From Mobula hypostoma (taxonomy: Eukaryota): a stretch of DNA of 64,000 nt. A program made the translations under genes and the position numbers. Under the pieces are notes generated by a model. It was not told where the DNA came from. It saw only the letters and a list, made by a program, of their open reading frames with translations, and did no database searches. This document shows positions 11,560 through 25,426 of the stretch, piece after piece. The first letter of the stretch is position 1. Each line of letters begins with the position of its first letter. Location of the stretch: contig NC_086097.1 in the NCBI RefSeq assembly GCF_963921235.1, forward strand, positions 77,936,001 through 78,000,000, written 5' to 3'.

Positions 11560-12170
11560 TGTAAGGGTTTCTTCTTTTATGTTACTGCTAAGGTGAATAA
11601 AATGCTTTCTCTGTACTGTTAACTGCTGAGACAGCGGTTCTCTATAGCAGTGTGTTTGGATTATAATTAGTGATAATGGGACTTGTATTAATTTGTTAAC
11701 CAATTGGGATAGATGTTATTCTTTCTGTCTGTGTGAAAGCTGTTAGTTCATGCGGGCTTGGGAGACGAAGGCGTGAAGAGGATGAAGAGAGAAGAGGTGG
11801 CTTGAGGAGATGGTTGCTGGACCTGGGCTCAGGACAGGAGCCCAGGGGTCGACGATGAGCGAGGTAGGATCAGCGAAAGGGAATTCGTGAGCTCCAATGT
11901 TTGCACACTGGACATGTTGATGAGATTATTGGTGCCTTTTATTTGTTCTCCTTTTCTTTTGTTTCTCTACTAACCCCATACTTAAATATAAAATCTTAAT
12001 CGTTTAACCGCACATTGTGGACTGAATGTTATTTCGGGGTACTGATATTACACAGGGGACACGACACACAGCATTCACACAAACTTGATTACCCAGTTTG
12101 GCAGGGTCGAAGGCTGGTCCCCCTAAACGGAAGCGAGCTGAGGGAGCCTGAGGCTTACCAGGGGGCTGCA
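11560..12170. mobile_element. Solo LTR (611 bp) with 4-bp TSD
   Basis: TGTAAGGG...GGGGGCTGCA flanked by CAAG on both sides (11556-11559, 12171-12174). Removing it restores the CR1 sequence GCAGACAAGTGTGAG (ADKCE). Confidence 0.8.
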
Positions 12171-15100
12171 CAAGTGTGAGATGTTTCACTTTGGGAGGAC
12201 TAACCAGGCTAGGCCTTACATGGTGAGCAGTAGGGCATGAAGGAATGCAGTACCCAGAGATATCTGGGAATACAGATGCATAATTTCTTCTAAGTGGCAT
12301 CACAGGTAGATAGAGCTGTAAAGAAATCTTTTGCCGCATTGGCCTTCACAAATCAGTGTATTGAGTACAGGAGTTGGATTGTTATGTTGAAATTGTATAA
12401 AATTTTGGTGAGGGCTTATCTGTAATTCCCTTTGCTCCAGAGGAATGAGGTGAATGTGCAGAGTGAATTTTATGATATTATAATTACTGAACTCCTAAGG
12501 GTTCCTTTACTTTAAGCTCCCTAATCATATTTGGTTCATTACCTGACACCCAGTCCAGCACTGCCTTTTCCCTCATGGGCTATTCTAAAAAGCCACCTTG
12601 TAGGTATTCTACAACTTACCTCTCTAAACTTACCAGTCTAAGTTTCCCAATCACCCTGCACATTGAAATCCCCACGACTATCAGAAAATTCAAACACGAG
12701 GAAATCTGCAGGTGGTGGAAATTCAAGCAACACACACAAAAATTGCTGGTGGCCTGCTGCATTCACCAGCATTTTCTGTGTGTGTGACTATCAGAAAATT
12801 GTCCTTTTTAATGCCTTTTCTATCCCCCATTGCCAGGTGTACTCCACATCCTGTCTACTGTCCAGTATATAATTCCCATCAGGGAATTTTATCCTTGCAG
12901 GTCCTAAACTCTATCCACAAGAAGTCTAAATCTCCTGATCCTATGTCATCTCTTTCTAAAGATTTCATCTCATTCTGTACCAACAGAGCTACCATAATCC
13001 TTATGCCTATCTGCTTGTCCCTTTGCTACATTATGTATCCTTGGATGTTATGGTCCCAACTATGATCTTCTTTCAGCCACAACTCAGTGATACACACACA
13101 ATGCTATACCTGCTAATGTGCTACAAAGATCATCTATCTTATCCAGTATGCTGCATGCATTCAAATATAACACTTTCAGTCCTGTATACATCACCATATT
13201 TGATTTTTCCTGCATGTTACATTTCATCTCATCCCACTGACTGCAATTTTACCCTATCATCTGCTTGTTCTTCCTCACAGTCTTACTACACTCTGTATCT
13301 ACTTGTATACTAACTGCCTTATCCTCAGCCCTATCAGTCCGTTTCCTAAACCCCTGCCAAATTAATTTTACTCCTTCCCAACATTTCTAGCAAACCTGCA
13401 TGCAAAGGCATTGGTCCCAATCGAGTTCAGGTGTAACCTATCCTTTTCATACAGATCACACCTTCCCCGGAAGAGATCCCAATGATCCAGAAATCTGAAA
13501 CACTGCCACCTGCACCAATTCCTCAACCACACATTACAGTGACATTCATGAAATTATTCCTCCAGACACTGTCTAAATAAGCTTTCTCAGTGGAAATGTA
13601 GTTCTTTGAAGACAGATTAGCTCAGTCTACATAAATGCTTCTAAATCTATTTCACAGTGGTTTTTAAATCATACTGTCTGCTTCCAAAAATCTGACATAG
13701 AACGTAAGATAGTTTCAGTACAGAAAGAGGCCATGGAGTTCACTGTGTCTATACTAGCTTCCCAAAAAGAACCCAAAACTAATCACAGTTTTTCTTCATC
13801 CAAGTAATCTGTTATCATTAAAGCCTCTGAAATATGTATCTACATTTTCCTTTCAAAGGTATAAGGCATAACCTCAGCCTCAATTTCTTGTACGCATATG
13901 TCTCTTAATGTTACCCCTCAAGCTTCCCCAACAGGAGAAAACTGTCCTTCCAGTTCAATCTCTCTGGCCCTTACATATTTGTAAAAATCTTCTTACCCTC
14001 CCCATTAGTGTTGGAATAGATCGAACATCTCAAATTACTGTTTATGCATAAACAACTGTAATGAAAGAACAGGCTAAAGTCTGGGTGTACTGCAGCAACT
14101 TCTCTGGAATTCTCCTATTTTGGGCAGTGATGTTATAACCTCTACTTGCTTTGATGAGTACACCTCCTATAACAATCAGATGATGGACAGCATCTAGCAT
14201 AAAGCAGCCTGTTTGATTGACACCTCATCCACCAACCTACACATAAGGCTGAGGTGTCTGCCATCTCCATGGTATACTGCAGTGACAGAACAAGGCACCA
14301 TTGACTGGAGCTCCCAAACACTTTTACCGTTGCCATGTGAAGGGATAAATGCAATGAATACATGGAAACAACAACACCTGCAATTTCCCCTGTATGTCAA
14401 AGACTGTCCTGGCTTGGATCAGTATTGGATCTGAATCCCAGAACTTCCTATCTAACAGCACTGTGGAAATACTAAACCTGGAGGTATTGAAATGGTTTTC
14501 ATCTCTGCTGCAATTAGGGCTTAAGCAGAAATTCTGGCCCTTTCAGCAAAACACATCCCAGGAAGGGATAATTAATTATAAGTCCTCACTGCTAAGCAAC
14601 CACCTTTTCCACTCTATTGTCTTTGTCTTTAATATATTTTGAAAAAGGACAATCCAAAACCATACAGCAATTCATCAAGAACAGATGAACCTATGTTTCA
14701 CAGTTGATGGAAGTACAGCTCAAATCAACAGGTTTTTTTTTATTTTACCCATAGGTGATGATAAACAGAGTCATTTTTAACTTCATCTCTTGAGAAAATG
14801 TCATGTCCTTCCTTTCTAAAGCCCACCTTATTTTGATTTTCAAGGGTTTTACAATGGAACATGTTTCAGGTCTTAAAGATGATAGTGCGGTTACTCTTGA
14901 TCCACAGAATGACAAGAACAATCACAGTCACAATCCCAAAGCCATTCAGAAGTACATAACAGATGTGGCCAAGCCCACTCGCCTTTGGATCTGCTCACAA
15001 AAACATCCAGCGGTTGGAGAGCCTTAAAGCACACATGCCACTTTTACAGGCATTTTTATTACCAACATCCCACCTTATAAAATTATTTAGAGAAATATTG

Positions 15101-16020
15101 TGAACACAGCCTAATGCATCATGGAGAGTTCTTGCCAGAGCTGAAGGATTTTTGGGTCTCATTTAATCATGAGCTTTTTTAAAAAAAAACTGGAATTTGA
15201 TTTATTAGTCATTATTTGGATCTAAAACTGCACTATTATCCTTAATAAATTCTAATGGAGAATTTATTAAGGAGAAGATTAGAGACGTAACATACCATTG
15301 AATAACAAAACTAGCTTCAATTGTTATGTCTGACTGAAGAAATTGGTGTCTGTTGGCTCATTAGACATGATTTTAAATCAATTACCTTGGTCTTCCTTAA
15401 TTTTGTCCCAGAAGGATACTGAGCTAAAAATTTGCTTTTGTTCATTTTATGGTGATAGCAAGTGACTCCCTTTCTCAGATGAGGCACAGTGACTTTACCA
15501 GTGAATGCAATATTTTATCTTCTGCTCTGGCTTAAAAGTAATGTGTCCATCATTCTCAATTTCTTTCAATTCAGTGATGTTGTTGTCTTCCATGAAGTTA
15601 CTGTTAGGCACTTCATTTCAGTACGTAGGGACCGCAGGGTCACAGGTGGGTATTTTAAGCAAGAAGTGCATGTTTTAAGGCCTGCCTGGCAACATTAGAG
15701 GGAGCCGTGGTCAGAGACATCCAGGTACACATCTGGTAAAGTTAGAGAATGAAATGTGGTATTGGTAATGAATCCGTATAAACCACATTTAAACCATGAA
15801 TGAGCAGTGGTTTAGTTACTATTGTAATGCATGTACAAAGAGATTCACAGTAATATATGGTATTTAAAAGTTAAGTCATTCTCACAAACATATTACGAGA
15901 TAGAATTTTATTTGTATCTTTACTATGTATTACTACATGCATCCTTGATTTTCAGACAGAGGTTTTGAAATTCGATTGTACCATTCATTCTTCCAGTGTT
16001 AAAATGTTGTTACTCATCTC

Positions 16021-16180
16021 TTTTCAGCACTCAAACTATGTTGTTAGAGTCTATCACATGATGCTGATTCAGGAACAGCAAGCATTGATTTATTTATTTA
16101 TTTTCAGCAGCTCACACTACATTGTTAGGGTCTATCACATGATGCTGGGTACAAGGTACAGCAAGCATTTATTTATTTAT
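16021..16180. repeat. 80-bp tandem duplication
   Basis: TTTTCAGCA..TTGTTAG.GTCTATCACATGATGCTG..ACAGCAAGCATT.ATTTATTTAT occurs twice. Confidence 0.85.
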
Positions 16181-16415
16181 TGAGATACAGGGTAGAACAG
16201 GCCCTTCCAGCCCTTCAGCCTACAACTCCTGATTTAACCCTAGCCAAATCACCGGACAACTTACAGTGACCAATTAACCTCCTAACCGAGAGGTCTTTGG
16301 ACTGTGGGAGGAAACCAGAGCATCTACATGGCCACGGGGAGAACGTACAAACTCCTTACAGATAACAGTGGGAAGTGGTACTGTAAAGCATGGTGCTAAC
16401 CACTATGCTACCATG
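16170..16415 (-). mobile_element. tRNA-derived SINE (V-SINE-like core)
   Basis: Reverse complement has an A-box-like GGTAGCATAGTGGTTAG head, the core GCTCTGGTTTCCTCCCACAGTCCAAAGAC and an (AAAT)n tail. Confidence 0.7.
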
Positions 16416-16547
16416 CTGCCAGTCCAAGGCACCAGTCAAACTTCTCACCACTGCCTGGGCTTGGTCAGACAGCTGAGAACTCAGCAACGTGATGTTAAAC
16501 ATACAAGTGCACAGCCCCATCAGCAGTCTTCTAGCAATTGGATACAA

Positions 16548-16760
16548 GAGACTGCGGGTGCTGGAACGTGCAGCAACACACCAAAGCACTGGAGGAACTT
16601 CATTTTCCAGGAGCAACAATGGAAAGAAATGGAAGTCAATATTTTGGGTTGAGACCCTTTTCCTGGACTGGTCCAAGTGAAGGATATCAACCTGAAACAT
16701 TGTCTAGTTCCCCCCATAGATGCTGCCAGACCTCTTGAGTTCCTTCTGCATTTTGTGTTT
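16548..16760. mobile_element. Two head-to-head Penelope-like terminal fragments
   Basis: A minus-strand piece (CTGGAGGAACT...GAGACCCTT..CTGGACT) abuts a plus-strand piece (TGAAGG...CCTGAAAC...GATGCTGCC..GAGTTCC); both match the termini of the 25427-26410 element. Confidence 0.6.
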
Positions 16761-18049
16761 TACTAAAGACTGATGTTTCTTCACCAGTGACTCCTCAGCT
16801 CAGAGCTCTGGTTTACAAATAGGGAACTTGGGAGGAGGGCAAAGCAGGTCATCCACAGGAGTGTTCTTCTCTTCGTGGGGCAGCAGAGATTTACCAATGC
16901 CACAAACAGGAACTCCTGGCAGGAAGCTGCCGGGATCTCTGAAAAGACATTTGTGCAGTCTGTGAGTGTCTGTAGTATGGGCAAGGCTGGCATGGCGCAT
17001 TATATCTGTACCCACTCTGCCTGCTTCTACGGGCTGGTGGGGAAGTAGCTGATCTTCTCTTGTTATAAGCAACAAGAGAGATATGCTTGTGCTCAGCAAA
17101 GCTGCGCTGTGCGTCATGTATTAACAGCCACAGGCTGGAATGATTCAGAGGCCAGGAAACCAAGAGTGATGTCTACATTTACTGACTGTGAGCACATTCC
17201 AGCCACATGTACAAGCTTGCATTTGATCCATTACAAAACCATGTTATCATCACGGAGACATAGCTAGCATAGCAATTACACCTTCAAGCAATGGAGATTA
17301 GAGCATGGGAACAGTGAAGTCTGGGTGGATATAGTTTTGTGCTGATCCCTTGAATGCTTCATGATATGGTCACCTTGTGGGTGCCTGTGGGGTGTAGGAG
17401 GCAGCATTTGTATGCCCACGTCATCCATAGGAAATGAAAGATAGCCACCAGGAGGCAAATTAGATGTATCAAGATAATTGAAGGTCCATGGAACACCCCA
17501 TTCTTGGTGTGAGCACTGTGCAGAATGAGCATGTAGATCTACATGCAACAGTCTACAAATGCAGGTCTAGAGTGATTGACCCGACATATAACACAGTTGC
17601 TTAGCAAAAGCTTAACCTTTTGGGTGGCTTCGAGGCAATGGAGTAGCAGTGTTACCTGATCCAAAAATGCCCTTTAAAAATGCACAGGAGATCATAGCAT
17701 CTGTGCTAAAACAATCAGAAATGGACTCAGAAGTGTTTTACTGCACATTAACACAGTATTTAACTTTTCAGTTTGATGTTGTGCAAACAAATTTCAAGGC
17801 TTACTGCTGAGGGAATATACCATATTCATGGTGAATTAATGAATAGTTCATTGAGAAACACAGAAGTGAGATCATCATTAGATGTAGATAAATATTAAAG
17901 TTTTAGAAAATTGAATGGATAAACAAATAACCAAATATCTTCCAACCTCTCCACATTTCAAACATCTCCACTGTTTATAGTTGCAAGTGATAGAGCGACA
18001 TCTTGCATGGTGGACGCCAGTTGAAAACTGCAAGATTGGTCAGGAGAGA

Positions 18050-20440
18050 GTCACTGTTTGAGCCAATAAAAAGGGGTGTGTAAGCGGAGCGGCCATTGTC
18101 TGAGAGGGGCAATATTAGAGTGGTCCAGCTCTGGCTCAACAAACTTGGTCAAGCACAGGAGCAGATTCTAGTTAAGTTTCTAGTAAGTTTTTTTTACCTC
18201 TGTTAGTACATAGCTAGTTTGCTGAGTTAGTGGTATGTTTCTTGTGTGAGTTGTGGGAACTTTGGGAGAACTCCAGTCTCCCTGACAACTACATTAACAG
18301 GAAGCGCACAGAGCTACAGCTCCTTAAAGACCGGGTTAAGGAACTGGAGTTGCAACATGGTGAACTTTGGTTCATTAGGGATAATGAGAGGTGACAGGTA
18401 GGAGCTACAGGGAGGTAGGAACCCCTAAGTTGCAGGAAGTAGATCCCTGGGTGACTGTCAGGAGAGGGAAACTGAATAGGCAGCCAGTGCAGGGTACCCC
18501 TGTGACCATTCCCCTCAGTAATATGTACACCACTTTGGATACTGTTGGGGGAGATGATTTACCAGGGAAAAGCCACAGCGAACTGGTTTTTGGCACTAAG
18601 TCTGGCTTTGTGGTGCAGAACAGAAGGGGGGAGAAGAGGCGAGCTGTAGTGATAAAGGATTTGTTCCTTAAGGGAACAGAAAGGAGATTCTGTGGATGAA
18701 AACAAGTTTCCTGGATTGTTTGCAGCCACCCTAGTGCCAGGTCAGGGATAGCTCAGATTGAATCCATGTCATTGTTAAGAGGGAGAATGAAGAGCTGGAG
18801 GTCCTGGTCCACATTGGTACCAATGGGTAGGATGGGTTATGAGGTCCTGCAAAGTGAGTTCAAGGAGATAGGTACTAAGTGAAAGAACAGGACCCCCAGG
18901 GTTGTGATCTCAGAACTGCCACCTGTGAGGCCAGAAATAGGAAGTTTTAACATGTGGCGAAGGAGATGGTGCAGGAGGGAAGGTTTCAAGTTTTTGGATT
19001 ATTGGGCTCTCTTCTAGGAAAGGTTGGACCTGGACAGAAGGGACAGTTTGAATCTGAAGTGGAGGGGGACTAATATCCTAGCAGGATAGTTTGCTAGTAC
19101 TGCATGGGCTGAAGAGGGGGGTTAAACTAGAGCTGCAGTTTGGAATGGGAACCAAAGCACCAACACAGATCGTGAAATGGTTGTGAAGAAAAATGCTGTT
19201 AAGCCCACATACAAGGTCAGGAATCAAAAGGTTGAGTTTAGTAGGATTAATGTTCTGAGCTGCATGTATTGTAGGAAAGGCTGATGATCTCAGGGCAGGC
19301 ATCAGCATGAGGAAATATTGCATTGTAGCCATTAATTGCAGGAGGGACTGAACTGGCAGCCTGGTGTTCTGGGATTCTATTGTTTCAGCTGTGATAGAGT
19401 AAAAGGGATTAAAGGGGGAGGAGTTGCACTACTGGTCAGGGAGACTATCACGGCATTGGTCCATCCGGACAGACTGGAGAGTTCATCTATTGAGGCTTTA
19501 TAATTCGAACCATGGAATAAGAAAGATATAACCATGTTAATGTGATTATATTATAGACCACTGAACAGTCCACGGGATTTAGAGGAACAAATTTGTAGAG
19601 AGATCGCAGACTATTGCAAGAAATATAAGGTTGTGATAGTAGGTGGTTTTAACTTTCCACATATTAACTGGGACTCCCGTACTGTAAAAGGGATGGATGA
19701 GAAAGAGTTTGTCAGATGTGTTCAGGAAAATTTCCTCAATTGGTACATAGAAGTTCCAACTAGAAAGAGTGTGATACTTGATCTTCTATTAGGGAATGAG
19801 ACAGGGCAAGTGACAGAAGTTTGTGTAGGGGAACATGTTGCATTTAGTGATTATAATGCTATTAGTTTCAATGTAATTAAGGAAACCAATTGGTTTGGCC
19901 CTTGGATTGAGATTCTAAATCGGAGAAAGGCCAAGTTTGATGGTATCAGATAGGCAAGGTGTAGATAAGATTGAATGTGCAGAGAAACTTTACAAAAATG
20001 TTCCCAGGACTTAAGAACCTGAGTTCCAGGGAAAGGTAGAATAGGATAGAACTTTAATCCCTAGAACATAGAAGACTGAGGTGAGATTTGATGGAGGTAA
20101 ACAAAATTATGAGGGGTAGAGATGGAGTAAATACAAGCAAGCTTTTTCCTCTGAGGTTGGTGAGACTAGAGTTCATGGGTTAAGGGAGAAAGGTTAAATG
20201 TTTAAGGAGAACATGAGGGGGAGCTTCTTCACACAGAGTGTGGTATGGGTTGCCAGCATAAGTGGTAGAGATGCAGGTTCAATTTCAACATTTTAGAGCC
20301 GCCTGGATAAGTACTTGGATGAGGGAGGCATGGAGGGCTATGGTTTACGTGCAGGTCGATACGACTAAGCAAATTAATAGTTTGGCATCGACTAGACAGG
20401 CCAAAGGGCTTGTTTATGGGCTGTAGTGTTCTATGACTCC
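18050..20440 (+). mobile_element. Decayed CR1 LINE with 5' UTR, ORF1 and ORF2 endonuclease joined directly to the 3' end
   Basis: ORF1 remnants (LQLLKDRVKELE zipper; VTIPLSN.YT.L; esterase-like AVVI.D..L.GTE..FC and VHIGTN); APE endonuclease remnants (YRP; GGFNFPHINW; LDLLL.N; SDYN.ISF); CR1 3' end from ~19960. Confidence 0.8.
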
Positions 20441-21041
20441 ATAAATCTTTTAAAGATGAATGATGAATCTTAAACTGAGCAGAAATATATGCTTTGCCAT
20501 AAAATTTACCAAAAAACTTATTTTGTTCAAAGCTTACAGACTTTTGGACTTCTCTCATGACTCTATGTTGACCAACGATGGAAATAAAATAAAAAGGACC
20601 CAAGTGTATTTGTTTATTGTTTAACCTATGACATCACTTGACAGATGGGGAAAAATCCAATTCACATTCTTGGACTCTTTTCCCTTCCTCTGAAGTGCGA
20701 TAGAAAATGTGTTTAATTCAGCCAATTGAGATCTCAATATTTTGGAGCATTTTCTCACTGAAAATAATTCAAAGTTAAAAAATTCAAAGTAAATTTATTA
20801 TCCAAGTATGTACTGTATATATATGTCACTATATACTGTACCGCATTGAGGTTCATTTATTGCAGACATTCACAGTAAAACAGAGAAATACCATGGAATT
20901 AATGAAAAATGACACAGACTGACAAAAAAAACAAGGTGCAAAAGCTGACAAGCTGTGCAAGTAAATAGTAAATCAAGTCCATGGAAGTGAATCCACGGGT
21001 TATGGAATCAGTTCAGTGCTGAAGTGAGTGAAGTTATCCAA

Positions 21042-21338
21042 AGTAGCATAACGGTTAGCTTGACATTATTACAGCTCAGGGGTCGGAGTTCAGAGTTCAA
21101 TCCCAGTATCCTCTGTAAGGAGTCTCTGTACGTCCTCCCCGTGGAATGTGTGGGTTTCCTCCGGGTGCTCTGGTTTTCTCCTACAGGCAAAGGCGTACTG
21201 GGTAGGTTAATTGGTCTTTTTAAATTATCCTGTGATTTGGTTAGGGTTAAATAGGGTTGTCGGGGCTTACTGTGCAGCATGGCTCCAAGGGTCAGAAGGA
21301 CCTTTTCCGCGCTGTATCTCCAAATGAAAAATAAATAA
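21042..21338 (+). mobile_element. tRNA-derived SINE (V-SINE-like) inserted in a LINE tail fragment
   Basis: A-box-like TAGCATAACGG, B-box GAGTTCAATCC, core GGGTTTCCTCCGGGTGCTCTGGTTT, AAATAAATAA tail. Related copies at ~29470-29700 (-), ~33860-34040 (+), ~55320-55620 (+). Confidence 0.75.
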
Positions 21339-22539
21339 GTATGCACTCTGGTTCAGAGGCCTGATTGTTGAATGGTTCTGAACCTACTGGTGTGGGTTCT
21401 GAGGCTCCTGGGCCTCCTTCCCAATTGCAGCATCGAAAAGACAGCACAGCATGGATGGTAGAAGTCATTGATGATGGATGCTGCTTTCTTGATGAAGAAC
21501 TCCTTGTAGATGTGCTCAATGGTGGTGAGGGCTTTCCCTGTGATAGACTAGATCGTGTTCACAAGTTTTTGTAGGCTTTTCCGTTCGTGAGCATTGATAG
21601 TTCCATATTATTTATTTATTTGTGTGTCTACTTATTTGGGATGAATAGAACAGTAAAATTATTGGCCACACTTGGTAGAAAGTCTTTCCAAGAAGTCTAA
21701 CTCCTTCAGACGGAATGCTGGTTCAGCATGATGGGGTTGATGCGGTTCCGTTGGCAAGAAATGACATTTCACATTGCATCGGAGACTAATCTCCCAACCA
21801 GCACTGCCTCAAAGTCCCAATAATGAAATATGTTTTCTATTAATCGGCTGACAAAAAATAATAAATGATTGCTGTAACAGTGGGTGATAACAAGATTCAG
21901 TAAGCTATTAGCGCTAAGGCTGAAGAGATCAGAGAGCAATGTTTAACTTTAGTTTTAATCTCTTAAAGGAATGCTTCCAAAATGGAAAACACCATATTTG
22001 GTTATGAGGAAAACTATATTTTCCCTTTAAATCTTGAATGGGATAACGATGAATAGTATTAGCATCTAAATAATGTTCTGCTTATAGCGTACATCCACCC
22101 CTGAACCGTGCGACTCCCTTCTGTTAATCAAAATGACCAGGCCACTTAACATTCCTTCCGCATTCGCTGTTCCATATAACCCCTGGAAGCACAAGTATCC
22201 AATCTGTAGCTAAGGAACACAAGATAAGGTCTAGCATGTCACGCCAGCGAAAGTCCCCTCATCATCCTCAAGTTTTTTTTTTACAAACTAAAGCACCAAT
22301 AACATAAACACAAAGCTAATCTAATTTTAAAATATTTGATTACTTAGAATCCAAACATTTTCTGCATTGGTGATCTAATAAGGATGACAGGATAATAACG
22401 ACAATGTTTTGGAACATATTTGGAATTAGCTCAGCTGACATTTGGTATTAATTCTTTTTAAGGTGTAAATAATGAATTTATAAATGAGCTGTGAATTACA
22501 GGTTATTCTCAACATTGGGACCAGAATCAGGAATCCCAA

Positions 22540-23070
22540 TAGGGCATCAATGAGAAAAATCTTGAGATCTGGCAGTACCTCAGCCAAGGGTTCAGGTGAT
22601 CCATCGGCGAGGGGCATCTGGAGGTCCAACTGTACCTCAGAATTGGATACCTGACTGTACATCAGTAAGGAGATCAAGAGATCCGCATGTACCTCAGTGA
22701 AATAAATCGAGATATATGGGAGCTGAGAGACCTATCTGCATCTGAGATAAGAGGTGGGATCCAGCTGTACCTCAGTGAGGGGGAACTGGGGTGGCAGGAG
22801 ATCCAGCCATACCTCTCTGAGAAGGTCAGCTTATTTAGCAATATCCCAGTGAAGGGGGATTGGGAAATCTGACTGTACTTCAGAAAAGAGGCTCAGAATA
22901 TCTAACTTTATCTTAGTGTGACTGTCAGGATATCAGGCTATACCTCATTGAGGAAGATCAAAAGATGCAAGATCGGAGTGAGAGGGAATCTGGATATGCA
23001 TTTGTACCTCAATGGGCAGACTGGAGCTCAGGGTGTACCTCATTGAGAGGAATAGAACACCTGACTGTAA
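22540..23070 (+). repeat. Highly degenerate minisatellite, about 33-bp unit
   Basis: Recurrent GAT(C/A)..CTGTACCTCAG motif roughly every 30-35 bp, more than ten recognisable copies. Confidence 0.7.
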
Positions 23071-25426
23071 GTCATGGAGGTGGCTTTGAAGATACTAGTG
23101 TAGTGGAGTGTGGGAACACAGACCACAGGTGAAGGGTAGGTGTCAGGTTATTCTGGCTGGAGTTTGGATTCAGGGCATAGTTTGATGCAATACCGGACAA
23201 ATCACAGGTGGAGCCTTCAAGAAATGAGGTTGAGTAATGTTCTGCCAAGATAATGCGCAAGACCCAATGACCACGGGATGAAGAGAGCCTTTCAAAACAC
23301 CGTCAGAGGAGATTGCAAGGGAAATTACATCATGGGGACACTGCTGAAATGGAATCATGGCAACGTCAAGAGATTAACTCATGACAGGAACTGTCTAGTC
23401 AAATGTTCATAGTCAGTCGTTTGGAAAAAGTGGCATTTCTGTTAGTAGCTATGTAGGAAGGTCATGTGACTATTTAATTGTAACGCTACTTTTGAGTGAG
23501 AGTGTGGCAACAGTACCTTTCAGCACAGCAACTGAGTGATGCAAGCACGTATACAATTTACAGATACAGCATGGTAACGGGTCGTGCTGCCCAGTTACAG
23601 CACACCCATGTGACTAAATAACTTTTTAGCCCAAATGTCTTTGGCATGGTCTTTCTGCAATAGAATGCATACCCTTGATTTGAAGATCCAGCATCTCCTA
23701 GGAATTATCAGCACCACAAAATTGGCTCACCCCCAAAATACATCTCAACTGGTGACAAAGATAGTTACAAAATGAAGGGTTATGTGTTGCAGAGCAACTA
23801 GAAATTGAAGGGAGCTCTTCAATGTCTCCACCAAGCACTAGTGATTGATTTCACTCAGGGTAACACCTCAAGATTCTGCACTCGGGCTGTCAACATTTTT
23901 TGGAAGCAGGAAGAGTTAGTAAGTCTGAGGGGGTAGTGGCAATTAAACAAAACACACACATAAGCCATTCTCTGTATCATGGAGAGAAATACCGATCAAA
24001 GAAAGCAGAAACAAAACAAAGCGGAATGATAGTTCAAGCACTGAAAGATCACATAAGTAGCATTGTGGTGTGCAACAAAGACATTCACAGTGTTTATGGA
24101 AAGAATGAATGATATTTATTCTAACAACATCTTTGAGCTGGAAGTTTATGTTGAGAATATGCAGGCTCTGAATACTGCTCTACGAGAGCTATTCAGCAGA
24201 GGAAGATTAGCACCGAGAACTTTCATGTGCTTACTAATCCTGAGGCATCACAGAAAGCTAAAGGTGGTTCTTCCACGGTTGTAGAATAAAAACTCAAACT
24301 TCAGGCATTCAGAAAATATGGTGACAAACACAGATTGGAGAATTGTAAAACAGGTGAAACTGTAAGTGACCATGTTGTGGTGTTGTAATATTGGAAACTT
24401 TTTAAACTCTGCATTGTGGGACAGATTTGGTTGTGGCTTAAATCATGAAAGATCCAATCAAAAAAAAAAGGATTTCAAAGGCAAGAGAGATTCTGAAGAT
24501 GCTGGGAATCCAGAGCAACACACACAAAATGTGGGAGGATCTCAGCAGACCAGGCAGCATCGATGGAGAGGAGTAAACAGGCCTTCAAGCACAAATAAAC
24601 TCAATCGCCCTTTAGGACTGAACATCAGTGGAAATAGCTGCTAAAGATAACAAAGAATTTCTTCAAACATCAAGCACAAATGGGGCAATAGCTTATTGTC
24701 AAAAGATAGCAGAAAAAAAGCTCCACTGTCGGGGTACCATGTGAGGAAATGTGGTATAATGGCACTTTTGATGTAATGGCAACCGTTCACTCACAGTTGG
24801 TCCCCTAAGCAGATGCATCACAGAGAATAAGGCAACTGCATTGATAAGAACACTTATTAGCAGTTTTTTTTTTACTCAGAGACTGGTGTGTGTGTGTAGA
24901 ATGAGTTGCCAACAGAAGTGGTAGATGCAGGTTCAATGTAACATTTAAGAGAAGCTTAGATAGGTACATGGGTAGGTTTGGATGGATATGGTCTGGGTAT
25001 AGGTTGATGGGACTAGGCGGAATATTGGATCAGCATGGACTGGATGGGCTGATGGGCTTTTTCTTGTGATGTAGTGCTCTATGACTCTAAAGACTATTAC
25101 CGTTGCGAGACAGGGAGATGGGGAGACGGACTTGGATAATGCAAAATTTAATTGGTACATCATCTATACCACAAGTGGTATTGAAAAGAAACACAATGAC
25201 TTTAAATCCCTTTATAGATTATAGATCAATCAATAGGAAGTCATATTAGTAAGAATATCTGTGGTAGGAAATTTTTTCACCATCTTTGGCAGAATAAAGA
25301 AGTGAAGTACTGAGAAGTAACAGAGCAAATACAATAAAATATGTGCTAAAGGTCAGAGATTACTAATAGTTGTAGCTGACTACATTAAACAACTGACATT
25401 GTTGGCAAGAATCAGAATCGAAATCT

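Larger units (their letters stand above)
9845..12420 (+). mobile_element. Old CR1 LINE ORF2 remnant interrupted by nested insertions
   Basis: LNGFFASVFT, KSLGPD and DWRIANAVALFKK motifs; homology resumes after 11127 (LNFNKAFNKVPH) and after 12170. The Gypsy element abuts its left end. Confidence 0.8.

Noticed and set aside
15575..15645. Candidate exon with TTCAG acceptor and CAG/GTGGGT donor
   Set aside because: No recognisable protein in any frame and no supported partner exons; such sites arise by chance.
16800..17117. 105-aa minus-strand ORF with a hydrophobic N-terminus resembling a signal peptide
   Set aside because: No recognisable family motif; length is within chance expectation.
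22540..23070. CRISPR-like repeat/spacer appearance
   Set aside because: Repeats are short and degenerate, linkers are related to each other, context is eukaryotic and there are no cas genes.
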